From contig NC_043002.1 in NCBI RefSeq assembly GCF_006345805.1, forward strand, positions 109,306,001 to 109,370,000: a DNA stretch of 64,000 bases, given 5' to 3'. The stretch is from Octopus sinensis. Taxonomy: Eukaryota. Position 1 is the stretch's first letter, and each line of letters starts with the position of its first letter. The position numbers and the translations under genes are program-made. This document shows, piece by piece, positions 35,852-48,470 of this stretch. The notes below the pieces were generated by a model. It had not been told where the DNA came from. It saw nothing but the letters and a program-made list of their open reading frames with translations, and searched no databases.

Positions 35852-36883
35852 ATGTTTCAGAAAGTGAGCAAACGTTACAAATGTGGTATTTGTGGTAAAT
35901 TACTTACTACAAAGTCTAATTTAGCTATTCATAGGCGCTCTCATACTGGAGAAAAGCCATACCACTGTGAAGAATGTGAGAAAGCATTTTCTACAAAAGC
36001 TTATTTAACAGAACACAAACGTACACATACAGGAGAGAAACCATTTCACTGTGAAATATGTGGAAAATCATTTTCTTATAAAGGTTACATAAAGATACAC
36101 AAACGTACTCACACTGGAGAGAAACCATTTCACTGTGAAATCTGTGGAAAATCATTTTCAGATTGTAGTAGTACAAAAAGTCATCAACTTACTCACACTG
36201 GAGAAAAACAATTCCATTGTGAAATATGTGGCAAATCATTTACTAAAGTAAATAATCTAACAAGACATAAACGTATTCATACTGGGGAGGAACCATATAA
36301 GTGTGATGATTGTGGGAAAGCATTTTCTAATGTGAGTAACTTTGAAAGACACAGAGGTGTGCATTCAAAACCTTACCACTGTGAAATTTGTGGTAAAACA
36401 TTTTCTGTAAAAGAGTCTTTAACAGTCCACAAACGAGTTCACACTGGAGAGAAGCCATGTTGTTGTGAAGTATGTGGGAAAGGGTTTACGAGTAGTCGTA
36501 CTTTAATAAGGCATAGACGTACTCATACAGGGGAAAAACGACACCGCTGTGAAATCTGTGGGAAAGCATTTCCTGAAAAATATGTCTTAACATTACACAA
36601 ACGAATTCACACAGGAGAGAAACCATATCACTGTGAAGTTTGTGGAAAAGACTTTTCTGATAGCAGCAGCTTAGTAAGTCACAAACGTATTCATACTGGA
36701 GAAAAACCACATCACTGTGAAATCTGTGGCAAAGCATTTTCAGCAAGTAGTAGTTTAATGAGACACAGACGTATTCATACAGGAGAGAAACCATATCACT
36801 GTTTAATATGTGGAAAAAAATTTTCACACAAGACCAGCTTAAAAACTCATATCCATATTCATAGTGGAGAAAAGCCACTGTAG
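35852..36883 (+). CDS. C2H2 zinc-finger protein, paralog 5 (12 fingers, 343 aa from the ATG)
   Basis: ATG at 35852 aligns with the paralog starts. The frame is open back to the acceptor at 35724/35725; the ORF track start at 35738 is a TTG. Confidence 0.92.
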   Translation: MFQKVSKRYKCGICGKLLTTKSNLAIHRRSHTGEKPYHCEECEKAFSTKAYLTEHKRTHTGEKPFHCEICGKSFSYKGYIKIHKRTHTGEKPFHCEICGKSFSDCSSTKSHQLTHTGEKQFHCEICGKSFTKVNNLTRHKRIHTGEEPYKCDDCGKAFSNVSNFERHRGVHSKPYHCEICGKTFSVKESLTVHKRVHTGEKPCCCEVCGKGFTSSRTLIRHRRTHTGEKRHRCEICGKAFPEKYVLTLHKRIHTGEKPYHCEVCGKDFSDSSSLVSHKRIHTGEKPHHCEICGKAFSASSSLMRHRRIHTGEKPYHCLICGKKFSHKTSLKTHIHIHSGEKPL

Positions 36884-37190
36884 CATAAAATGTGTGAGAG
36901 AGAGCATCTTCTGAAAAGTTTGTCCTATTAGTTCAGAAATGCACTCATACTGGAGAAAAACCATATCAGTGTGAAGTTTGTGGCAAGGAATTTTCCAGTA
37001 GTGGCAGGTTACACACTGGAGAAAATCTAAACCACTTTGAAATCTGTAGCAAAACATTTTCTAACTCAATCGTACTCATAGTGGGAAAAGCCATACAGCT
37101 GTGTTATGTGTGGGGAATCATTTACTTGCAGTGATTATCTATCTACTCATAAATGTACTTTTAATGATGGAGATAAACCATACCACTAAC
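36884..37190 (+). pseudogene. Degenerate finger tail of paralog 5
   Basis: ctg TAG, then frameshifted and partly deleted fingers. Confidence 0.82.
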
Positions 37191-37939
37191 TTGTAGGAAA
37201 ACATAATATAAAAGCATCTTGTGATATTTGTATCAAAGAATTTATGTATATGAATGTTATTAAAGTACTATTAATATTTATAATATGTTCAGCATATTCT
37301 TGGAAATTTTAGTAAATCTTTCTTTTTAATGTTACTTGTTCGGTCACATGTATCATATATGGTTTGAGTGAAAAAACTGTTGTTACTACTACTAGCAACC
37401 CAACAGAATTAGGGAAACATACAAGACTTCATCCACTGCATGCAGGTCTCTGGCTGGTGTCAAAGGGACAGAGTCTAAGTGTAGAAAGGAGCCAGGACTA
37501 AATATAAGGCCATCATAGAGAATGATGCAAATTGGGATCTGCCCCCTTTACACAAGTAAATCCTGGATTAGCATGGAAAGGATGAAGATAGATAAGGCCA
37601 ACTAACTCATGACATGATAACTAAAAATATCAGATTATTATGTATTTTTTTTTCGTTGACTGAATTCCAGTGACCTAATATGTCCCAAAGAGATGTGTGG
37701 TGGGTGGAACCCACGAAAATTTCACCCCCACCCTCATTTTCAAATATATTTTGCTAAATACATTTTCAAGAGATTGTGGATTGCATTACATTGAAAATTC
37801 AAAAAAGTTTGAAATGAATAAGTGAAGATGCAGAGGTTATAGACATTAATGGTAATGAAGTGTAGAGTGACAAACGATAAATTCATCTTAAAAAAACAGG
37901 TGAGAGTTTTTGCCTGTATGAATGAAATGGAGTAAAAGT

Positions 37940-38485
37940 AAAATATTATCATCAATATCTCATAATCATAGATCAGCAAATCACAACTTATAAGATACAG
38001 GTATTTTTTCCCTTGGGACAAGTTCTTTGCTGACCAGTGTTATTCTTATAGTTAACAAACCCAAGCGTACAAACCTACAAGGAACAGTACAGACACCACA
38101 TTTCACAGGGTACATCCTTAAGTTGACACCGCTCCACTAAACACAGAAAAATTCTGTCTTGCTATTAAGCTAAAATTACCCATTTTCTTACATTTATAAA
38201 CCTGTAACTGTTTTCTCCTACCTTTTTTTCCCTCCATAACATCATACCTTCACAGCAATGCGAGTAGAATGCTACATTATTATAGCCAATTTTCGAAAGT
38301 ATATTTTGTGAATGAAAAAATTTGCTCCGACAAACACGAATAAAAGTAATTTACAGAGGGGACGTTAGTTATTAAGGTTCACCCTTAACAGAAAGCCTTT
38401 TATATCAACACAGGATGCAAAACTGATATGTATATTAAGCACATAGAAACAATAGATGGTAATCTTTCAGTATCTGATGATAAAA
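37940..38485 (-). other. Inverted copy of intron-1 sequence
   Basis: Reverse complement of the block at about 33690-34165, plus the intron-proximal motif gatataaaaggc...taaattact. Confidence 0.75.
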
Positions 38486-40309
38486 GTTAAGGCATTGGCA
38501 ATAGCCAACAAAAAGTGAACAAAAATCTTTTTCTGGTATCATTTGATCCTTTCACCTGCACAATTTTCACTAAGAAAAAAAATCGGATTTTTGTTTGGGA
38601 AAAAGCCACCACCAGTTCTGGAAAATGGGGTGGAGTGAGGTGGAAGCCTCGGAAATTTAACCCCCAACCCATCCCCACTGATCTTTTCACCTGCAAGATT
38701 TTCACTAAGAAAAAAAAAATCGGATTTTTTGCATGGAGTCAAGTACCCTGATCTCATAATATACTCCAAACCCCTTATTTTTGTTTAGAAAAAAATGGGA
38801 TGAGTGGGAAACCGGGCCCCCATCCCATATCCTGGAATCATTGGAATTTTTTTTTTTTCCCGTTGACTGAATTCTGGTGAATTAAATGCCAGCAATTTCA
38901 TTCTGAACAGGGACAACATAAAGTTGAGACTTGCTGATCCATGATTACGAGATATTGATGAGAATAGTACCCAGGTGTGTGACACCGGCATCAACCATGA
39001 CCATGATGTGTGTGTGTGTGTCTTTTATATTATCTCTTCACTATCACTTGACAACCAGTGTTGGTTTGTTTATGTCACCATAACTTACACTCCCACTAAA
39101 GAAACCAAGAAGATAAATATTAGATTTAAAAAAACTACTGGTATTGAGTTGGACTAAATCTTTCAAGGCATTACTCCAGCATGTGCACATTCCATTGGCT
39201 GAAACAAGAAAAACATTAATGGAATCGGTTCTATTTCAACTAAAACAAACAATAACTGTTACTATATTTCCATGATGCCAGTATGGAAACCAGATGTTAA
39301 ACGATGATGATCATTTTCTGAGATTCTTAGACACATATGAATAGTTAAGGACAAAAGTATTTGTCTTGTTGGAGGGATTTAGTGTAATGTTTGAAACTTT
39401 GCTGACAATAATTATGCGAAACATTAATACTGAGCAGAAATAATCCAGTAACCATGGGCCCACAACAGTACCTCCAACAGAGTATTACTTAAACACTGTC
39501 CCAAATAGCAGAAATGTTTTTTTTTGGTAATTCTTCAACATCAAGTATATCTATAACAATGATTTGATTTCTTTTTACATATGTCATGATTTTCTCTCAT
39601 CTCTCATTTAGAGACTGAGGAAAAAAATAGATTTTATGCTAAAGAAGATTTGTGTTTTATCTGTTCTCAAAATAGCAAATAGTAATGATTTTGCATTTTG
39701 GCACAAGGCCAGCAATTTGAGGGGAGGGGCCAGTGGATTTACATGGATGCAAGTATTCACCTGGTACTTATTTCATTGACTGAAAAGAATGAAAGGTGTG
39801 ATGTAAAGGAAGAAAAAGATGGAAGAGAGAATCACGGTAGTCTAACCTGTCAGTCCAGAAAAAACAGCCACTTTCTCTATCTCAATCTGCAAGGTTAACT
39901 CCATGTCCATGTTGCTATCTGTTGCTGTACAGTCTCACATGTCTTTTCTGATGTGCTGTCCATCACAAACTGCCTTTATGGTGGGAACCACAAGCCCCAC
40001 TTCCAACAGGACATACCTACTCCCTCACTTCTACTCCTGAAGAGGGACAACATAAATATTTGTTGTGACTCACTGATCTATGATTGAGATATTGTTGAGA
40101 ATAGCCAATCATATACCACACGAATAGCTACTCATTTCACCACTTCTTAGTATCTAATATTTATTTTATTTTTCTTTCAGGACATATTTCCAATGGAAAG
40201 AAGATTTTCTGCAGAGGATACTGCAAGTCTGCTGTGTTAGGGTAGAGATTTATCAACCAATTTATGTCTTCAGAATGAAAGAATAAGACTGTAAAATTTA
40301 ACTGAGAGA

Positions 40310-41341
40310 ATGTTTCAGAAAGTGAGCAAACATTGCAAATGTGGTATTTGTGGTAAAGTACTTCCTACAAAATGCCATTTAGCTATTCATAGGCGCACTC
40401 ATACTGGGGAAAAGCCATACAACTGTGAAGTATGTAAGAAAGCATTCTCGCAAAAAGGAAATTTAATAGAACACAAACGTACACATACTGGGGAAAAGCC
40501 ATTTCACTGTGAAATATGTGGAAAATCATTTTCTTATAAAGGTTACATGAATACACACAAACGTACTCACACAGGAGAGAAACCATATCACTGTGAAATC
40601 TGTGGCAAAACATTTTCAGGATGTAGTAGTGCAAAAAGTCATCAACTTGTTCACACTGGAGAAAAACGATACGATTGTGAAATTTGTGGCAAAACATTTT
40701 CTCAAGTTGGTAATTTAACAAGGCATAAACATACTCACACTGGAGAGGAACCATACAGGTGTGATGATTGTGGGAAAGCATTTTCTAATGTGAGTAACTT
40801 TGAAAGACACAGAGGTGTTCATTTGAAGCCTTTCCACTGTGAAATTTGTAGTAAAACATTTTCTGTAAAAGAGTCTTTAACAGTACACAAACGAGTTCAC
40901 ACTGGAGAGAAGCCATATCACTGTGACATATGTGGGAAAGGGTTTACAAGTAGCGGTACCTTAATAAGGCATAAACGTTCTCACACAGGGGAAAAACAAC
41001 ACCACTGTGAAATCTGTGGGAGAGCATTTCCTGAAAAATATGTTTTAACATTACACAAACGAATTCACACAGGAGAGAAACCATATCACTGTGAAGTTTG
41101 TGGAAAAGACTTTACTGGTAAGTGCAATTTAGTAAATCACAAACGTATTCATACTGGAGATAAACCACATCACTGTGACGTCTGTGGCAAAGCATTTTCT
41201 CAGAATGGTAGTTTAATAAGACACAGACGTATTCATACAGGAGAGAAACCATATCACTGTTTAATATGTGGAAAAGAATTTTCACTTAAGACCAGCTTAA
41301 AAACTCATACCCATATTCATAGTGGAAAAAAGCCACTGTAA
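40310..41341 (+). CDS. C2H2 zinc-finger protein, paralog 6 (12 fingers, 343 aa); no own first exon found
   Basis: Intact ORF and acceptor at 40180/40181. No CACGTGAC or first-exon block was seen between 36.9 and 40.2 kb. Confidence 0.88.
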   Translation: MFQKVSKHCKCGICGKVLPTKCHLAIHRRTHTGEKPYNCEVCKKAFSQKGNLIEHKRTHTGEKPFHCEICGKSFSYKGYMNTHKRTHTGEKPYHCEICGKTFSGCSSAKSHQLVHTGEKRYDCEICGKTFSQVGNLTRHKHTHTGEEPYRCDDCGKAFSNVSNFERHRGVHLKPFHCEICSKTFSVKESLTVHKRVHTGEKPYHCDICGKGFTSSGTLIRHKRSHTGEKQHHCEICGRAFPEKYVLTLHKRIHTGEKPYHCEVCGKDFTGKCNLVNHKRIHTGDKPHHCDVCGKAFSQNGSLIRHRRIHTGEKPYHCLICGKEFSLKTSLKTHTHIHSGKKPL

Positions 41342-41650
41342 TATGCAATTTGTGGGAAATCTGAAAAATTTGTCTTATTAGTTCATAAACTTACGCATAC
41401 TGGAGAAAAACTATATCACTGTGATGTTTGTAGCAAGGAATTTTCCAATAGTGGCAGCTTAAAAGGACATATACATACACACACTGGAGAGAAATCACAT
41501 CACTGTGAAATTTGTGGAAAAATATTTTCTAACTTGAGGTGTTTAATAAGGCATAATCATACTCATACTGGGGGAAAACCATACAGCTGTGTTATTTGTG
41601 GGAAATCATTTCCTTGTACTGATTATATATCTACTGAAATGTTTTGTTAA
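41342..41650 (+). pseudogene. Finger tail of paralog 6, open in frame after the TAA
   Basis: 102 sense codons until TAA at 41648-41650. Two intact fingers and one in-frame 6-bp deletion. Confidence 0.75.
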
Positions 41651-41664
41651 TGATGGAGAAATTT

Positions 41665-42960
41665 GGAATGTAGCTTATAAGATAAAGAAATAAAAAACAC
41701 AGGTACAAACAATGTAGTAAGCATACACATGCACCCAGATACGGATTCAAATTGTTGCACATATATGGATGCTTAGCAGAGAAAGACAAAATGGAATAAG
41801 AACAAGAAGAGACATGGGATAGAGAGTTACTGAAGAGGTCCCAGGATGAGGGATGAAAGAACAAAGAAACTAGAATAATGATAAATCTGAAGAGAAGACC
41901 AAATATATAAAGGGTGTTTAATTGGCAAAATAGACCATCATCAAGTATAACAATATTATAACATTTTGATGTAAAGCCCCATGGTTGTCATGAGGATACA
42001 GTGAATATTCAGAAATGACACTATTGAGTTATTATGGTTGTCATGGATCTGGTCATGTGTTACTTGCTGAACATGCAGACACAGGAACTGAACTTCCCTG
42101 TAGTTCTGTACTGCCATTATTCCTGAAAACCATCTTATGATGACTCATTTACATTCATTCCGAATAATCTTTGTATCTTTCTCATCATGCAGACCCAGCC
42201 CATAGTTATCTTTGCACTTCTTAAGTCAACTGATCACTTTTTTATCATCACAATAACCTGAACCTCTAACGAGCTTACCCTAGTGTCATGTTTCACTCTT
42301 GATCCATCAGAATGGTCAAGGCTAGTGACTGCACTGATTCTCTTAGGTATATCCACCCATATCCCACATGGCCCTGAATGCTTTACTTCATAGTATCACT
42401 CCAGCTGCTCAGACACAAAACAACAACTACAGTGCTTGAACCAAATCACCCATCCCTGCAAACTAGATAATCCTTAGCCAGTTCCTAAACTCTAACTGAT
42501 CTTTGTATACCAAAAGAATCACTACTGACTATGAATAATCCTAGTACCCTCCCTCTCTCAATCAATGTTATTCTGAGAGTAGTTCTGTGGAAAAGGCTCT
42601 GCAACCAATTCCATTATACAAACCGTTTCTTCCCATTCCACCATGTACACACAGACGAAGTCCTTAAGTACCATAGTTTGCTGCAAACTTACCAAGGCCA
42701 ATAACCCTAACAAAGTCCCTTCAGTTACTACCTCACAGAAATATTCTTCATTCTCACCAAACTCTACCCTTCAATTTTTTTTCTCTCTCTGTCTTTCTGT
42801 GTGTATCCTGATTAATGTTTAACTTTTTGATCCTGATGATAAGCAACTCCTGAAAGGAAAACTCCAACTTATTACCACTTCTCAAATGCTCAGACGTGCT
42901 GAGAGCTAGCAAACTTTGGTTACAACTAATTGAAATGATACTTCTTTATTGTGAGCCTTC
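41665..42960 (-). pseudogene. Decayed antisense membrane-protein ORF (unit 6 copy, internally deleted)
   Basis: Homologous peptides (LKDFVCVYMVEWEETVCIMELVAEPFPQNYS; FHPSSWDLFSNSLSHVSSCS). Confidence 0.6.
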
Positions 42961-43939
42961 TCTTCATCTAATTTTATCTTCTAACGACTTTCTTAACCCT
43001 ATATCAATCTGTACTAACCCTAACTACACTTTTGTTTTCAAAAGGCTTCCTGCAGTCTTAACTAATCAGGAAAATATCTTCAGCAAGTCATGTGCCCAAT
43101 CTTCTAGCAATGAACTAGCCACTCCTGTAGGTGTTTAAAATTTCAAAGCAACAACAAAACTTCAATAATATCAATTAACTTGTTGTAAAGACCGGATCCA
43201 CTTCACTTATACATTTTCCATATTTCCCAAAGATTTCAATTTGATCTTAATGGAAAGAAATTGTCTGTTGTTTTCATCAATATTCCATATTTTGATAAAA
43301 GACCTTCACATGAAGATGGAGCTCTCCAAATTTAATTTTAGTCATGAAAAGCCGTTACAATACAAGTACAGAATCTCTTGTAAGAAAGCTGAAGGTTTTT
43401 CACTCCAAAGATTGTCGCTTGGAGTTACACCATTCATCAAATGTAGCCTGATTTACAGGCTGTAATAATATTTAAAATCTTTATTCCGTTCAGTGTGAAC
43501 ATTCATAGATTTACCAGTCATTTGGTATGGAGATGTCTTGCTTAATGTAGATCTCCCCATTATCCTAAGCTAGCAAGTCATATTTTCCTCTTATATATAG
43601 TAAGCTGGTTACAACGTGCATGTACTTTACTAGGCCTCTGGATTCACTTTAATTCTATGCCTATCTGTTCAACCTACGAAAGGGATTTTTATTTCAAAGT
43701 CGTGCGTATATCGACTGAAGCAGTTTCAGCATGCGAGACTTATATTCAAGGATATGGCCTATGAATATATTGTACTACTATTTCCAAAATCCAAAACGTG
43801 CCTGCTACTAAAGGTTTCGGACGAGCAATGGTGTACCTGTATCAGCACAATAACAACACAGAAAAAATTTCACGTTATCCGAAACTAAGAATTTCAGGCG
43901 AAACTTTCTGTCGAATGAAGAACGAAAGAAAACTTAGCC

Positions 43940-44098
43940 TGTAGACCACGTGACTTGATTTCATATATAACACCGCCATCTTAGTCTCTGGCCATGCTTT
44001 TACCGATTCCTCGTGGACGGCGTTAGAATTATTTAGCAGTTGATGTTTCTGATTGATACTAAGAATGGGTAGTTATTCAGGAGAAGAAATGTATTAAG
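43940..44098 (+). promoter_or_regulatory. Putative promoter and first exon of paralog 7
   Basis: CACGTGAC at 43947, CCGCCATCTT at 43973, donor at 44098/44099. Almost identical to 33080-33237. Confidence 0.65.
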
Positions 44099-44189
44099 GT
44101 AAGATAACGTTTATTTATCCATTGAGCAAGCTTTCAGTATCTGGTGATTAAAGAAGTAAATACAAATTAAACGGGAGATAATTAAGTTC

Positions 44190-44930
44190 TCGTTCTTCCA
44201 CCGAAATCATTCTCCAAAATTGTCGGAGTTGATAGCAATGGGCAACCGCTAGCTGGCCGTTGGGTTTTCGGTGGCATTGAAAGGATTTCCAAAAAATGCT
44301 TCCTAGTTGAAGTGCCTGATCGTATTGTACAGACTTGCTCTATTCTTCCAGGGAGAGTCACATTGCGAGTGATGACCGGCGATCCTACAGCAATATTGGA
44401 TGCCTAAATGACGGTATGTGCTCTCACGAAATGATTGTGCATCGAGAGGAGTTTAAAATAATAATAATAATATTGAAATTATTGTATACAGTGCTCAGAT
44501 GCACCACAACTTGTCAGAAAGTGCATATAAAGTACATGCAGTAATGTAAAAATGTCTGGAAAGCGAACATTGTATGAGTCAGATACATGCTTGTGTGTGT
44601 ATGGAGGGGAGAAAATCAGGTGTGGTGTTGGCGAATCTCAGAAAGCATGGAAGTTTTGAAGGATGCAGTGCTCCGACAACTAACAACTGATGCCGACAGT
44701 TTGTTCCATGCTTCAGCAACTCTCAGCGTGAAAAAATGTTTCCTGAAGTCATGGGAGCTGTGCTGTTTTCTGACTTTGTAAACGTGTCCACGGGTTTGTA
44801 GACGAATAAGGACGTCCACGCGCAAAATGTGGAGAATATTTGGATGCGGGTAAAAACAAAATTACAACGTCAATTTGGAACTTCAGACAATTTATTCGTT
44901 TCATATTTATCCACGAGTAACCTTTTCGAA
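44190..44930 (+). mobile_element. Merlin/IS1595-like transposase fragment split by a CR1 insertion
   Basis: Reads GRWVFGGIERISKKCFLVEVPDR ... VHAQNVENIWMRVKTKLQRQFGTSDNLFVSYL. Confidence 0.78.
44455..44793 (-). mobile_element. CR1-type LINE 3' fragment
   Basis: Same family as 9945-10441 (RGHVYKVRKQHSSHDFRKHFFTLRVAEAWNKL), with a (TTA)n tail. Absent from the sister copy at 33590. Confidence 0.85.
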
Positions 44931-45507
44931 GCGCCTTCCCCTATTGGGAGTTTTACTTGTTATATATATATTCGTTGTTATTTTCAATGTTTACACGGAC
45001 CTTTATATCGTCCTGTATTTGTCCTTGCATGTTTCTTTGATTTTTGTTAGCCCTTGTGGCCAATAAACTAGAATTAGTATTTACACAAATTCGTACTTTG
45101 TGTATCGTCCCAGGATATATGACAGGCGAAGTAAACTGGTTAGATTTTAAAGTCGGTGCCCTTAAATCCAAAAATTTATGCGGAGGAATTCAGTACCAAA
45201 GAAAAATACTTTTGTTCACTTTTTGCTATGTCTACGTTGTTTAACAGTAAGTTGACTTATTTGTTTTCCCTTCAATTTCCATTTACTTCTTCTATCACCA
45301 GATACTGAAAGATTACCAGCTATTGTTTGTATGTGTTTAACATACATATTTGTGTTGTATCCTGTATCGATATAAAAGGCCGGCGATCTTAAACTATGGT
45401 ACTCATACCGTAATTTAGCCAAAAGGTTTTCCGTTAATTAAGGGTCAACGCTATTAACTAACCTCTCCTCTGTAAATTACTGTTATTCATGTTTGTGTAA
45501 TGTCGCC

Positions 45508-45718
45508 TCCGGCCGAAACCGCCTCTGGCTCTGTAGTACAAATGCCTTGTTTTCAAAAGTTCTGAATTAAAATCTTCCACCAAACCTCAGTCACAATTTA
45601 TGTTCCTAACACTAGCTTAATGATAACTAAGATATTTTACTAAATTCTTTGTTATATTTAAAATAATTGAAAGAAACACAGAGCATCTCAAAATAAATAC
45701 GGTAATGAAAGGGTTAAA
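45508..45718. mobile_element. piggyBac-like MITE fragment
   Basis: Insertion relative to the sister introns, ending in aaagggTTAA. Confidence 0.5.
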
Positions 45719-46344
45719 CACTTGGCTGTCGTGGATAGGTGTGATGGTTCTGTGTCCAGATTCATATTTGCTGGTAAATGTTAGAGACTTCCCTATATCC
45801 GGAGAATGTGGAAAGAAGTAACCGGGTCGTGAACGCTCGTTTGCCCATTCGTTTATCTGATTGCAGCAGGAAAGAGAAATCGATTCCAGTTTTTGATTCG
45901 TACTTTGTGTATCGTCCCAGGAGATATGACAGGCGAAGTAAACTGGTTAGATTCTAAAGTCGGTGCCCTTAAATCCAGACTAATGCAGAATCGCAGCTCT
46001 CCTGGAAAAATGCATTAAAAATGAGTAACACCCGCCCGATTTTCACTAAGAACAAAAATTGGATTTTTTTGGCGTAGAATCAAGTACCCTGAATATGCTG
46101 CAAATCCCTTATTTTTGTTCGGAAAAAGGTGGCGGCGAGGGGAAGCCCCCCATCCTTGAATCATTGGAAATTTTCTTTCGTTGAATTAAAACAAATATAA
46201 AGATTTCACCCGGGAACAGAAAAAATAATAAACCAGTCAGCTGGGTGTTAACAAGTATATAGAAAACGAATATGAAAAAAAGAAAAAAAATGCGCGCTGT
46301 TGATCCTAGGGGGTGGGCAGAGGACTGTCGGAAAATTTACAAGA

Positions 46345-46862
46345 GGCGATTTTTTTGTCATAACTTTCGGTAAAATGGATATATATTGATTTTCTTTTTT
46401 ATGGAATAGCACGTTTTTGGTTATGTAGGATTCGATTCTGAAAAAAGAAAAAAATTTTTTTCAAAATTTCAAGGGCCATATTTCGGATTGAATATGTTAT
46501 CTCAATTTTGTGAGATTTAGCTGTCACTTCAAGCATGTGGATAGCCTGCTTGAAGGCCTGGGGCTTATATATGTTTTTGTCAAAAATTGAAATTTTACAA
46601 ATAATTTTTTTTCTCAGAATCGTAATCTTCGTATGTGTTCTTACGTATTTCGTAAAAAAAAAGGAAAAAATTTCCGGAGAAGGTAAAAAATGAAGGGGGT
46701 TTCGAAGGGGGTTTAATTGAAGTTTCGAAATTGCGATTTTTGAAAATTTCCTTTTCAGAATCGGATCCTCCATAACTAAAAACGTGGGATTCCGTAAAAA
46801 TAAAAAAATTTAATATGTATCCATTTTACCGAAAGTTATGATGGAAAAATCGGATCTTGTGA
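46345..46862. mobile_element. MITE with long inverted repeats just upstream of the paralog 7 acceptor
   Basis: cataactttcggtaaaatggatatatatt versus aatatgtatccattttaccgaaagttatg. Confidence 0.6.
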
Positions 46863-47093
46863 TATTGAGTTGTTAAGAATAGCCAAACATATACCACACA
46901 AACAGCTATTCATTTCACAACCTTTTGGTTGTTAGTATCTAATATCTATTTTATTTTCTTTCAGGACATATTTCCATTTGAAAGAAGACTTTCTGCAGAG
47001 GATACTGCAAGTCTGCTGTGTTAGGGTAGAAAGATTTATCAACCAATTAATGTCTTCAGAATAAAAGAATAAAACTGAAAATTAACTGAGAGA

Positions 47094-48293
47094 ATGTTTC
47101 ACAAAGTCAGCAAATGTTACAAATGTGGTATTTGTGGTAAAGTACTTACTACAAAATATAATTTAGCTATTCATAAGCGCATTCATATTGGGGAGAAGTT
47201 ATACCACTGTGAAGTATGTGAGAAGGCATTTTCTGTAAAAGCTTATTTAACAGAACACAAACATATACATACAGGAGAGAAACCGTTTCACTGCGAAATA
47301 TGTGGAAAATCATTTTCTCATAAAGGTTACGTAAAGATACACAAACGTGTTCACACTGGAGAGAAACCATACAATTGCGAAATCTGTGGCAAAGCATTTT
47401 CAGATCTTAGTAGTGCAAAAAGTCATCAACTTATTCATACTGGAGAAAAACCATTTCACTGTGAAATATGTGGAAAATCATTTTCTTATAAAGGTTACTT
47501 AAAGATTCACAAACGTACACACACAGGAGAGAAACCATTTCATTGTGAAATCTGTGGTAAAGCATTTTCACAGTTCAATGGCGTAAGAAGTCATCAGCTT
47601 ATTCACACTGGAGAAAAACGATACCATTGTGAAACCTGTGGCAAACCGTTTTCTCGACTTGGTAATTTAAAAACGCATAAACATACTCATACTGGGGAGA
47701 AGCCATACAGGTGTGATGATTGTGGGAAAGGTTTTTCAACTGCAAGTGCCTGTGAAATACACAGAGGTGTGCACTCAAAACCTTACCACTGTGAAATCTG
47801 TGATAAAGCATTTTCTGTAAAATACTCTTTAACAATACACAAACGTCTTCACACTGGAGAGAAGCCATATCACTGTGAAGTATGTGGGAAAGGATTTACA
47901 AACAGAGGTACCTTAATGAAGCATAAACATAGTCACACAGGAGAAAAACAACACCACTGTGAAATCTGTGGGAAAGCGTTTCCTCAAAAATATTGTCTAA
48001 TATTACACAAACGGATTCACACAGGAGAGAAACCATATCACTGTGAGGTTTGTGGAAAAGACTTTGCTGGTAAGTGCAACTTAGTAAATCACAAACGTAT
48101 TCATACTGGGGAAAAACCACATCACTGTGAAGTCTGTGGCAGAGCATTTTCGCAAACTGGTAGTTTAAAACGACACAGACGTACTCACACAGGAGAGAAA
48201 CCATATCACTGTTTAATATGTGGGAAAGAATTTTCACTTAAGACCAGCTTAACAACACATAACCGTATTCATACTAGACAAAAGTCACTGTAA
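47094..48293 (+). CDS. C2H2 zinc-finger protein, paralog 7 (14 fingers, 399 aa)
   Basis: Intact ORF; acceptor at 46964/46965. The finger 3-4 pair is present twice. Confidence 0.93.
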   Translation: MFHKVSKCYKCGICGKVLTTKYNLAIHKRIHIGEKLYHCEVCEKAFSVKAYLTEHKHIHTGEKPFHCEICGKSFSHKGYVKIHKRVHTGEKPYNCEICGKAFSDLSSAKSHQLIHTGEKPFHCEICGKSFSYKGYLKIHKRTHTGEKPFHCEICGKAFSQFNGVRSHQLIHTGEKRYHCETCGKPFSRLGNLKTHKHTHTGEKPYRCDDCGKGFSTASACEIHRGVHSKPYHCEICDKAFSVKYSLTIHKRLHTGEKPYHCEVCGKGFTNRGTLMKHKHSHTGEKQHHCEICGKAFPQKYCLILHKRIHTGEKPYHCEVCGKDFAGKCNLVNHKRIHTGEKPHHCEVCGRAFSQTGSLKRHRRTHTGEKPYHCLICGKEFSLKTSLTTHNRIHTRQKSL

Positions 48294-48470
48294 TATGAAA
48301 TTTGTGGGAAAGCATTTTCAGAAAAATTTGTCCTATTGGTACATAAACTTACTCATACTGGAGAAAAACCATATCATTGAAGTTTGTGACAAGGAATTTT
48401 CCAATAGTGGCAGCTTAAAAGGACATATACACACTGGGGAAAAACCACACCACTGTGAAATCTGTGATGG
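48294..48470 (+). pseudogene. Truncated degenerate finger tail of paralog 7
   Basis: ctg TAA, then about 2.5 decayed fingers, cut off by a retroposon fragment. Confidence 0.8.
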
